Below are positions 11,611-22,519 of a stretch of 64,000 nt of DNA, in pieces (the first letter of the stretch is position 1; every line of letters begins with the position of its first letter). Position numbers and translations under genes: made by a program. This DNA is from Azolla caroliniana (Eukaryota; Plantae; Polypodiophyta), in assembly GCA_043228905.1 (NCBI GenBank), contig JBHGNT010000004.1, forward strand, positions 17,856,001 to 17,920,000, written 5' to 3'. The notes below the pieces were generated by a model. That model did not search any database. It saw nothing but the letters and a program-made list of their open reading frames with translations, and was not told the DNA's origin.

Positions 11611-12863
11611 AGCCTCTGATTGATCGGGAAAGGATTGGTCAGTGACCGCGGAGTCGGAAGTTTGGCTCAGGGCGTTGGGCGGGTGGCCGAGACCTCGTGG
11701 TGCGAGAGGGCGCCGTAACGGCGGCTGATGGTTACCTTCAACGAAGTTCGTTGTGCACTCACAACTGTAACCGGGTGTGCCAAATTGTGTTACCCGTTCC
11801 TTTGGGTGAACACCTTCGATAGATCTGCGGCTATCGGTCTTCAAGGGCGTGGTATGTGAAGGCTCGTAACAGAGGTGTCGAGAGAGATACCAGGCTCAGA
11901 GAGAAAACACTAGTGAGGTCTTGATAGACGTGGGCGACGTTGAACTCATAGGTATGGATCAAAGCATAGACTCATGCAGCAAAATGGGCACAAATAAGAT
12001 ATATTACTATGACAGCAAAGATTACAGAACACAGCCTATGGACGGTGACCTTACAAGTTTATCTAATTACCAAGGATTAAGCTAGTGCTTCCGCCTATAT
12101 TTTTCTTCTCCCCCCCTCCTCTGAGGTACTGGTCCTCGTTTAAATAACTTTTCCCCTAATACACAGCCGAGCCGTCGGTGGCCCGTGATACTCGGACTCG
12201 GCGTTTGCTAATTTCCTAATTTTACATTTCTATCCTCTGGACAACAGCCATCGTGGGCCGGATCGAAGCATGACTACGGGATGGTGTTCCGCACGGGCAG
12301 TGCCGAACAAAGGAAGCAGAACGTGACACATGGAGGTGTCGAAGCAGAAAGGCGAGCGCGAAGAATGGGTTGCATGGTTCGGAGGTCGCGTGTAGAAGAC
12401 CGGAGAAGGATCCTCCACACCGTTCCGAAGACCTTGGCAGTCCGAGCCGACGTGGCGACGTAAGACCAAGGAGAAGGAAGGTGGCGGCGAGGGGATGAAG
12501 GCAGTGGGAAACAACGTGGGACGACAATCAGGACCAGGCGAATGGTCCACGGAGGCCAGGTGGGCCACTACAGGCGTTCCTCAAGAGAAGGACATCGGGC
12601 ATGCGGGAGAGAGCGGAGCGTGCATATGGCCGAACAAGGGCCAGCGGAAGTACGCGTACTACGGAGACCGCGGCGAAGGACCCATCGACGGGTCGAACGA
12701 GCCTACGGGGAGGTAAGCGCGAAGGAAGAACCGAAGCCGATGATTCAAACCAGCAGCGAGCCGGGATGCGGATTACGGAAGACTGGTTTCTCACCGGCCG
12801 AAATCTCTCACCCTTCACCGGATTTGGCACGTACTGGTGGCCGTGCGATTTGGTGGGGGCGGA

Positions 12864-13668
12864 TGTCGTGAAGAATTTCGGCCAGAGGCGGAAACTGGGA
12901 AATATTGGCTACATCGGCGGGGTGCAGCATGTGCTCTCACCCTTGTACATTTAGTGTGAATAACGAGGGTGCCTTTATGGCGCTGAAGAGTAATCAAGTC
13001 GGGACAAGAATCCCACGTAATAAGGGATTTATCCCACGATGCTATGGATCCCTCTCCTTGTTCTATAAAAGGAAGGGAGCGCCCTTGGTGAAGGGGTTGC
13101 CCATTTTTGGTAGTAGGGTATACTGTTAGAGGAAGAAACGTTCTCTCTTCCTCTTTCTTTTCTCTGGTTTTAGGGTTTCTTCTTGTTCTCCTGTACTTCT
13201 TCTTTGTCGTTCTGTGTGTCGAACCTTGGCATCTAGTGTTTCTGTTTTCTGCCATGTTCTCTGTGCAAGACCCCGCTCGGCGCGACAAGCCCGAGAGCTC
13301 CCCGACCGGCGGCTTGGCAGTAGACAACAGTTGTATCCTATGCTACCTAGGTCCGGCTCGAAGTCGATGTTGAATCTCGTTGCCTTGTAAATACATATAC
13401 ATTTGGTTGTGCATATTCGTGTCTCTGTTGGTGTGTGTGTGTGTCTTAGTGTTTCGTTCTTGCTTATGTACATAAGGGCACGAGTTGGGTCGGTGTTGTG
13501 TGCGTGTGTGAGAGTCAATGTTGCATGCATGTTCTGTCTCTCTCTCGGTGTGCTTCTGGGATGCCCCGGAAATGGTGAAGCACGACTTCCTACGCTCCGT
13601 CACTTCCTAGTCCAAGACCCCCATGGTCCCGCCTGGAATTCTACACGTACCCGCGAAATTTCGCGACA
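12864..13668 (+). repeat. 3' LTR of element M (805 bp)
   Basis: Repeat of 4469-4811; TATA (CTATAAAAGG) near 13063; terminal inverted repeats. Confidence 0.9.
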
Positions 13669-14102
13669 ACGGTCTACGGTCAGTCCTTCAACCTAGACCT
13701 CCAAGTGACTGTGTGACAACGAATGGTAGCATCTGTGCATAATACTTAGTGGGATATTCCCCATAACCTAGCAGCGTATAAGGGAGACAGCTACAACCGA
13801 GCTCCTTTGACAGTGGGCTAATACACACATCGCTACTTACTCCTACGCTCTCAGGTGTTATAGACACACAATAGATTAGCCGTAGCTACACACAGATATC
13901 AGACAAGATAGAACTCTATTACGATACGCCTCTTACATTCAAAATTACACGCTCCCTCTATCAGAGGTTTTCTGCCCTTTATATACGCAGGGTCTTTTAG
14001 CCGTTCACGCTTCCCGCGTGAACCGTTACATGCGTCACAATATTATACTATTCTGTATTCCTGCGCTCTTGTTCGTCGGTTACTATTCCGGCGGACAACA
14101 AC

Positions 14103-14143
14103 TGGCACGCCTGCGGGACAATGCCATGGCACGTCGAACCCAT
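14103..14143 (-). promoter_or_regulatory. tRNA-3'-end-like hairpin motif at the PPT position of element C
   Basis: Minus strand ATGGGTTCGACGTGCCATGGCATTGTCCCGCAGGCGTGCCA-GT-TGTTGTCC (LTR start); no purine tract. Confidence 0.75.
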
Positions 14144-14185
14144 CCCTTTACTCTTCTTCCAAAATGCCCCTGATGTTTGGCTCTG

Positions 14186-16078
14186 CTATGGGGACGACGT
14201 AGGGCCCGTATGTGCATCGTGGTGTGGTTCCCCTGTTTGGTCTGGAGGGCTTCTCATGGTGTCACGATCGTCCTGTGTGGGCGGCCTGGGTTCTATGGGC
14301 TCTTCATGGGCTAGGGGGTTGGGCTCAGCCGTCGGCGGGCTTGCGGTTGGTCGCGGCTCCGTCTCATCCGTCTCATCCGTCACTTCCTCCGTGGTGTCGG
14401 CCGTCGTTGTACGCTCTTGGAGGTAGGGTTGTGGTTCCGCTTGGTTCGCGATGTTCTCTGTGTGGTCGGTCGATAGCGTATGCTCTGGTAGATGGGGTTC
14501 CTCTTGGGCAGAGGTTTCGCTATCTGGTATGGTGGGGGACTCCGCTCGCCGTTTTGCGTTGTTCACCGTAGTTGTGATTTCTGGTGACCGGGCCTGAGGT
14601 TCCTCTTCTTCGGTAGTATCCGGAATTGGTGTCGCGATGGGTTCCTCATTTGTTCGTGTGTTGTCGGCTTGCGTGATCTGGTGAAACAAATCCTCCTGAC
14701 TTTCATCAAAATCATCTAATAGCTGCGCGAGTTCTTCAGAATGTTGGTCCGCTAGCGCGCGATAGTCCTCCGCTAGGTCCTCGCGTACTGCCACAATGCT
14801 CTCCTCATTGAGTTTATAGAAGCCTCAACCGTCTTTTCTCCGGTTCTCCCAGTCCACACGATACGTGTGCAATTCCGCCGCTTGGGCTGCCCATGCCATC
14901 CATCCTTTGTCCAACGCCATCTTCAATTGCGTTGTAAACCTCTCCCGATTCATTTGTAGAAGGATACGCACGTTGTCTGTGATGGCCTGGCAACAGTTGC
15001 GTGCTTCTGCCACTGACTTCTGGAGGTTTGCAATTTCTTGCTGACTAACTGTTGCCGCTTCTTCATACGTGCTCTTCATACCCGCCCACAGCTGGGATTC
15101 CTTCGCATGTAGATCTTCTTATTTCCCCATTTCATTGTTTAGGTGGATTTCAAGCTGATGCCTTCTTTCTTGTTCGCCCACTAGCTGCTCGTCAAACCAT
15201 GCCTTCTTTTTCTCCAATAAGGCCCGGAGTCCCGCGATTGCCGCCTCCGATTTCTTCGCTTCCTCCCGTAATTGGGCATTTTCTTCTTTTGTCCGGGTGT
15301 GTTGTGTTGTCTCCGCAACGATTTTCTCTTCCAGGGTTTTTACTGCCTTTCGGCCGTTGGCCCGGATGTCCTTTTCCCTATCTAAGGACTGGCAAAGTTC
15401 AGCGTGGAGGCGGTCAATTTCTAATTCCGCTAGTTGTACGACCCTTTTTGCTTTTGAGGCAATGGCGGTCTGAGCCTCAATCTCTTCCTTCAAGGCTTCA
15501 ATGGCGTGGTTTGGTGGTGGAGTTGCCTGTTGTGCCGTAGTCGCGTTAGTTTCCAACTCCGCGATGCGTTCGTTGGCTTTTTGCAGCTCGGCTTGGGTCA
15601 ATTTCACCTTCTTCCAAACATTCTTATTTTTAATGGCCATCTCCTTGGTGCCCGTGCTGACCTTTGCCAGTTCCCTATGGACTTCGACTAGGGCCGTGTT
15701 TAATGGGGGTAGTTCCATCCCCATTCGGTGTATCCAGGCGTTCCTTCGTCTGCCGACTCTGGCTAACTAGTCCTCATCGTCGCTCTCCGCCGTTTCTGTT
15801 AAGGCGCGCTCGATCATCTGGCGCTCAGCATGCTCCTCGGCCATTTGGTGTGAGGCCTTTATCTTTTGCGTTGCCAAGAATTCCATGAGCTGAAAAAGAG
15901 GTTCCGTACTGCAAGAGTGCGCTAAACTCATGGGCAATGTCCGGGATATTCGGATATGCCAAAACCTCACTTTCCGCCGTCAATACGGCTTTCCCTCTTT
16001 GTGACTGGGCCGTAATGATCAGCCGTGGCTCTTGGATTATTTCGAAGGTGGTGTTGGGCTCCGTAGTTGCGCAACTGT
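14186..16078 (-). pseudogene. Coiled-coil extra ORF of element C (fragmented)
   Basis: ORFs 15767-15970, 15119-15724, 14825-15079 and 14186-14794; E/K/A/L heptad-rich; block WMAWAAQAAELHTYRVDWE...FYKLNEESIVAVREDLAEDY is shared with K and CC-1. Confidence 0.8.
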
Positions 16079-17430
16079 TGTCGTGCCTTTCGGCGCCGGA
16101 TCGTTGCGTGAGTCGGGTGGGAACCACCGGGGTTTTGGACTAGGAAGAGGAAGATTTTGAGGCTAATCTAGTTATGAATATGAATAGATTATAAGAAAGA
16201 GATATAGAAACTTGTGAATCCCACAAGTATAATTGTTTTAGTTTATCTTAATCGTAGTAATAAATTGAAATAGTTTAGAATAGATTAGAGTAGATTGAGA
16301 AAAGAGATCAAACCTTGTGAATCCCACAAGTATTACATTAATCAATATTTATGTAAGAATATGAATTTAGATTGAAAGAGATAGATTATATAAAACTTCG
16401 TGAATCCCACGATTCTATTTTATTATTGGTGTTTTAGGAAATATATCCAATTTCCCAAATACTTCACACCCTTACATTGTGCTCCTCATCATTATATAGA
16501 GATGAGAGAGTCTTAGCAATCCATGCTTTTTCTTCTCTAACTATAGACTCCATGCTTTTCCTATAGATAGACTATATGCTTTATCTAAAGTAATCATGCT
16601 TTTTCTAACTTGTGCGTTTTTTATTATCAACTATAGCATTCATGCATGCTAGATGTGCATGCGTAGCTTTTTCTTTTACCATGCATTTTTCTTTTAACTA
16701 AAGTTTATCCTAGGTGAATTAACCTTTCTATGTGGAATATCTACTTTTGAACACTAATGAAATGCTAGTGTAATGGTAAGACATTACATTATTAACATGG
16801 AGGTGCAAGGTTTGAATATTGCCCTATGCATGTATTATTGATTTTGAGATTTTGTTCTATTTCTTCATATTTACTAAAACGTTACTTTATAAGTTTTTCA
16901 TGTAGTGTACGAAATACACTACGACACTCACCCCCTCCAAACCTGCACATCCTCCAGTATGTGCCAAAGTTGTCGGTGATTATTAGTCTCGTCCATCCGT
17001 TCTCTGCATGGTTGGTTTCATCGCCGGTCATTTTTGGTTGCCGGCCCCGCCCGGTTTTTTGTTGCCGACTCCGCCCGGTTTCCGGTTCAGTTCGGTTGCT
17101 GGCTCTGTCCGGTCTCCAGTTACCGGCCCTTGTAATTCTTCGTTACTTGTTGTACCCTCCATTTCTCTCGCTATGTCAGCTTTGTCTCTCCATTTTGAGC
17201 ACATCCATTCTTTCCACCCGAACCATTGTCGTCATCCAATCCACCATATTCTTTGTTCTCTCTCGTCATAGAATCTCGCATTAGTGTTTACGTTCTTCCC
17301 GTTAGAGCCTTTCTTCTTTGTTGAGATCTCATCATTAATAATACCCTTCAAATCCGCTTGGCCCTTGTCATTTGTGGTAGTGTCTTTTCCTAGCCTCTTC
17401 ATCAACCTTGACTTTTTTCTGGATCAGTCT
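16079..17430 (-). mobile_element. 3' remnant (3' LTR, PPT and flank) of an H-family gypsy element
   Basis: LTR 16079-16926 has the same termini as the H LTR (TGTCGTGCCTTTCGG...CACTACGACA); PPT GGAGGGGGTGAG at 16927-16938; right boundary approximate. Confidence 0.8.
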
Positions 17431-17899
17431 CGTCCGATCGGCTTTCGGGTGTGGAGGTGCCTCTGCGACCCTGATGTACCCATCCAGGCGTTTCTCCACG
17501 AGCCATCGACGTAAGGCGGTAGAGATAAATATCGACATAGTCAAAGTAGGCTCATGAGGAGAAGATTGGTGGTTGCGGTAGGCTTGAGCTCTGTGATAGG
17601 ATGCAGGAGAAGGTGAGGGAGGGGAGCGATGAGAGCGCTGAGAGTTAGGAGGTGGATTTCTGTTTTATGCAGAAGACCTTCTATCTCCTTCATTTTGTGG
17701 CCTAGGGTTCATTGGGCGGTGAAGCATCGTGGTGCTGCGTGTTCTTGGTCTAGAAGTCTGTGCATGCATTCAGTCCTTTTTTAATAGCATTGCTATCTTC
17801 TCTTCTTCTTTTCTTCGTTTTTCGTAACAGTTACATATAGCCTATTTTTACATTATGATACAAGTGGGGCCGTCCACTTACGCTGCGGGTTCTCCGGCT

Positions 17900-20800
17900 T
17901 TGTCTTGTCTGACGGTGAATGGGTTAGGTGGCGTAGGGCCCAGGTAAGGTTTAAGGCGGAACCCATTCACCTTTTGTCGTAAGACTTTCCCGACCAACGT
18001 GCCTAGCTAGAACATGCCTTGTTCCGCTCCTATTATCCAGTACGGGCCTGTCCAGCGGAATCATAACTTCCCTAGCATATGGCCCATGCGGGTTTGGAAA
18101 ACCAGTACCGCTCGACCGACCGCGAAATCCTTTTCCCGTGTGTTCCGATGTCGATCCACAAACACTTTACGCCGTCGTTGTTCCTGCTCCAACACAACCA
18201 TGCTGTGTACGCATTTTTCGCCGAGTTCGAGTAGCTGGTGGAGTCGTACCTCCTCTGACTTGGCTTCCGATAGTCGGTCCCGTACCTGAATCCGTAAACT
18301 GGGTATCTGAAACTCTACCGGCATCACGGCCTCCAGCCCAAACGCTAGTCGAAATGGTGTTGACTGTATGGTTGTTTTGTAGCTGGTTTTGTACGCCCAT
18401 AACGCACTCTGTAATTTGGTATCCCAATCCGTTCTACTTTCATTGACGATTTTCTTTAAGATGGTCTGCAACATCTTGTTGGTGGATTTCGCTAACCCAT
18501 TCCCCTGTGGATAATATGGCGTACTTTTCTTGTGGACTACGGCGTAATGTTGTGTTAGTTCTCGAATGACCGTATTGAGAAAGTGGCTCCCCTGCTCACT
18601 GATAAGCTCAATCGGACAGCCGAACCAACACCACATGTGTTCGTAAAGGAATCTCATTGTGACAGTCGCCATATTCTCTCGTAGTGCCTTTGCTTCTACC
18701 CACTTGGTGCAATAATCCGTGGCTACCAATATGTATTTATTGCCCGTACGGGCCGCCGCCAGTATGTAGGGGCCCATAAAATCCAATCCCCACTTTTGGA
18801 AGGGATCTAACGGTAATACGGGTTGGTAAGGCATCCTTGCACCCTCCGTGGGCTGACCCATTCGTTGACACAAATCGCACTTTCTGCAATACTCTTATGC
18901 GTCCTTCTATGTAGTCAGCCACCATAGGCTTGCTTGCCATATTTTCCGAGCCGTAACATCGCTCGCGTAATGGCCGCCTGTCATGCCGCAGTGAGCCTCC
19001 CGTAAGACTGTTTCTTTCTCATCCTAACATAGACCGCGTCGCCAAATACCATCACCACCTTTGTGATATAAAATTCCTTCTACCAGGCAGAAGTTACGGC
19101 TCCGAACGGCTAATCGTTTCTTCTCGTCCGTGCGTAATTGTGGTGGAGGCAGTCCCGTAGTAAAAAAGTATGTCATTTCCATAAGCCATTGGTCCGGAAA
19201 GGTCGTTTCCATTCTTTCTACTAGTGCTGCTACCCGCAAAATGTCTGCGTTCGGAAAGTCGTCGTCATCCTTCTGTACTGTCCATTATCGAGTTTGCTCA
19301 AAAAATCTGCCACTGCGTGTTGCATACCCAAGCGGTGTTGAATTACAAAATTGAATTCTTGAAGCTGCAGCATCCATCGCACCAATTTCCCCGTAAGTGC
19401 TTGTTTCTCCACCAAATATAGCAGTGCCGAATGATCCACGTGGAACGTGAATTTCCTCCCTAGCAGATAATGCCGGAATTTATTGATACTATAGATCATC
19501 CCTAACGCCTCACGCTCCGTTGTGGAATAGTTACGCTCCGCTATTGATAATTTGCGACTAGCGTAGTAGACTAGCCGGTACCAATTTGGTTCGGTGAGCT
19601 ACATTAGCGCACTTCCTATTGCTGTGTCCGAGGCGTCTACGAACACGTGGAATGGCTTCGCCCAAACTAGTGGTTATACGACAGGTGCCTATGTGAGCAT
19701 TATCTTGAGCGCCTCATAGGCCTTGTCCTCTGTTGCAGTCCATTGGAAGGGAGTCCGATGCACATTGGCATGTAACGGCGTGATGAAGTTCGCCAAGTAT
19801 CGTATCATCTGACTATGCCATTGTATTTGTCCTAAAAACCAGTTGAGTGATTTCGCGTTTGTCGGCGTTTTGGCTTGAGTAATCGCGGAGATCTTGTTCA
19901 GATCGACCGCTATTCCCTCCTTGCTGAGTATATGGCCTAGGAGAATCCCGTTGATCACGCTAAAGGCACATTTCGTGGGATTAACGCTTAAGCGTGCAGT
20001 GTGGCAACGTTCCAAGCACAGTTGCAGACGTGTAAAATGGTCGGTTTTTTCCCATATACCGGAAAATCATCTAAAAAAACTTGCATGAACACCAGAATAT
20101 ATTCCCCAAAGATCTCCGTGATTGTCCGTTGAAATGTTGCCGACGCCGTTTTTAGCCCGAACATCATGACGACTGCCACATAGACTCCCCAGTCCGTGAC
20201 AAATGTTGTCTTCTCTTGGTCATCGGGATGCATGCATACCTAGTTATAGCCACTGAAGCCATCTAAGAAACTGTACATGTCATGTCCTGCGACGACGTCC
20301 AGTACGCTATCGGTGAATGGTAATGGGAATGCGTCCGTAATGGTTACGACGTTTAATTTTCAGTAATCCACGCATACCCGTATTGTGCCGTTTTTCTTTG
20401 GAACGACTACTATCGGACTTAACCATGTGGCTTGTTTAACTAGCCATATAAATCCTTCCTTTAGGAGTTTGTCAATTTCTTCTTTTATAGAGGTCGCGTA
20501 GTTCGGGTTCAGGCTGTAGCGGTGCTGCTGCACCGGTTTTGCGTCGGTCGCTAAATTGATCTTATGTTGATAGAACTTCGGATCTAACCCCTTCATGTCC
20601 TCATGAGCCTAGGCGAACACATCTTTATATTTCTTGAGAAGTTCGATCATCGCGTCTCTCTGGCCCGGCCTTAATTCTTTTGCGATGGAGAGAAAACGGG
20701 GTTTTGACGTCATACCCATGTTTACTTCTTCCAGGGCGGAGGCGGTGACTCGTCGTGAAATTCCCATTTCCCCCTCGAATGTTGCGCGTGCTCTACTTAG

Positions 20801-22365
20801 TTCCAAGATTGACTCCGGGTTTGGTTCGTAAGTCTCGTCGTGGAGAGTAGTGGCCGTGGCATATTCTGCCGCGGTTGCAATGACATCAATTTCGAACAAC
20901 GAAATAATCTGAGGGTGCTCGTCTAGGTATGCCTCTAATTCTGCATCATCCACCCCGGCCAGCATATTTATATCTTCCGCGTATAATGGTGTTATACCCT
21001 TGGATTGTGTCACCCTTTCCTTTGTAGGTACGCGAACCTTGGTGCGTCTGTGTCAGAAACGGATACACTTGTGTTGCCAGCTCTGCTTGATATTCGCTGC
21101 ACGAAGCCACGGTCTGCCCAACAGCATAGGGTATGCCCCTGGGGGGTCCAGGGCGAAGACTACCGCCGAGATGTCGAAGCGATGTCCTCCCATGATAATG
21201 CCAACCTTGCGTATCAACCCCAATGGTCGTACTGAGCGGGTATCTGCCATACGGAGCCAGAACGGGCAAGCCTCCCATTCTAAAATACCTAACTGCTCGC
21301 ATGTTTTTGCGCTAATTACATTAATGCCCGAGCCGCCATCAATTATGCATCCTGGGATTTCCTGACTGTGTAATATCAATGTAATAGCCGGGTTGTGGTG
21401 ATCCACTACAGACGGTCCGTCGCTAAGGTCCATGAGATTCGTAGCGACGCTCACCCTGGGTATGCCCGTCACCTGTTCTTCCATGGTCTGGCGGAAGCGT
21501 GGGACTAGTTGCAGCAGCTTGTCCATGGTTAACATTATCTTGCAGCCCGCAAGAGCTTGCCAAATGGGGTCCGACGCCGGTCCTTCGTCCTCCACTAGCC
21601 CCCTTGTTTTCGCGAACTCCTTTTGCATGAGTTCCGTATTTGTCGCGTTTGCTTTTTCAACCCATGCCTGGGCTTGTCGTCGTATCGCATCTTGCGCGGC
21701 CTAATCAGCCATTTTTGTTTGCTGGCGTGTCGTGACTTGCTACACTTCCGTCGTAATCGTATTAACGGCGGGCCCCTTGCCCTTGCGTACTGGGCATTGC
21801 GTGGCATAATGACCGGGATGCTGACCGGGATCCCCCAGTGCGACCTGCTCCTCATGGTCTGGCCTCGTTTGTCGGAGCGTACGTGGTGGTTGTTGTTGGC
21901 CCCGACGTGGTTCTTGGTGTCGCTCATCGTCCGAGCTTTCGTCATATCGTCGGTGGTCCCGATATTGTCGCTGCTTTCCACGAGATCCATTGAAGCCACC
22001 ACGTTTGTTTGTCGGCCGATGATTCTCATAGTGCGGGCCCCCTTTAGCATATCGAGGGAGACTACGGTAGTCCTCATCCTCTGGCTTGTCTTCCTCGGAA
22101 TCATTGTGATTCTGATTATTCCGGTAGTGCCGGTCGTCACGTGGGTTGCGATCCATATACCGTGGTCGGTCTTCTTGCATCCTTTGTTCAGGACAACGTG
22201 GGGGATGTTGTGTGTCCATGCTGTGTATTGTGGGAGTGTCTCTGTTCAACATATTGTATTTGCCCTGTTCGACTGTGTGAGCCTTCGAGTGACAGATTGG
22301 CAGTGGATTCGCATGTTGCACTCCACTACGGAATGCCCCCAGTTCAAGCAAATCGTGCACTGGAT
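17900..22365 (-). pseudogene. pol: Element C gag-pol (IN, RH, RT, PR, gag C-terminus), heavily disrupted
   Basis: ORFs 18061-18873 (IN), 19230-20596 (RT/RH), 21053-21628 (IIDGGSG protease) and 21740-22365 (gag), collinear with B2. Confidence 0.92.
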
Positions 22366-22519
22366 TGCTAAACCGAGAGGTTGGATCATATAGACCCATT
22401 CTTCAAGGTCACCTTGAAGAAACGCATTCTTCACATCCATCTAGTGAAGATGCCACCTCCTTGCCGCAGCAACCGCCAGTACCACACGAACCTTCGTCAT
22501 CTTCGCTATCGGAGCGAAG

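Larger units (their letters stand above)
4812..12226 (-). mobile_element. Ty3/gypsy element B2 (Athila/Tat-like non-chromovirus), 3' end deleted
   Basis: Order gag-PR-RT-RH-IN-extra ORF; 5' LTR from 11788 (TGTTACCC) to about 12226 (end uncertain); PBS TGGCACACCCGGT at 11770-11782. Confidence 0.9.
4469..13668 (+). mobile_element. LTR element M (coding region lost) inserted in the 3' LTR of C
   Basis: Truncated LTR 4469-4811 matches full LTR 12864-13668; termini TGTCGTGAAGAATTTC...GAAATTTCGCGACA; 4-bp TSD ACGG (4465-4468, 13669-13672); G-rich PPT-like tract TGGTGGGGGCGGA before 12864. Confidence 0.85.
4448..22365 (-). mobile_element. Ty3/gypsy element C (Athila/Tat-like): 3' LTR, coiled-coil extra ORF and pol/gag remnants; 5' end deleted
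   Basis: The 3' LTR is 4448-4468 plus 13673-14100, split by M. Extra ORF pieces lie at 14186-16078, with a probable N-terminus at about 17435-17560 homologous to the start of the B2 extra ORF. IN, RT, PR and gag lie at 17900-22365. Joining the two halves into one element is an inference. Confidence 0.7.

Noticed and set aside
12227-12863. ORFs in the 3' internal region of element M
   Set aside because: They are several overlapping GC-rich frames with no recognisable motif, so no product can be assigned.
14103-14119. Ordinary PBS of a plus-strand element with an antisense ORF
   Set aside because: LTR polarity from homologous element A, TATA orientation and the second PBS-like site in K all place this at the PPT end. 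The alternative is disfavoured but not fully excluded.
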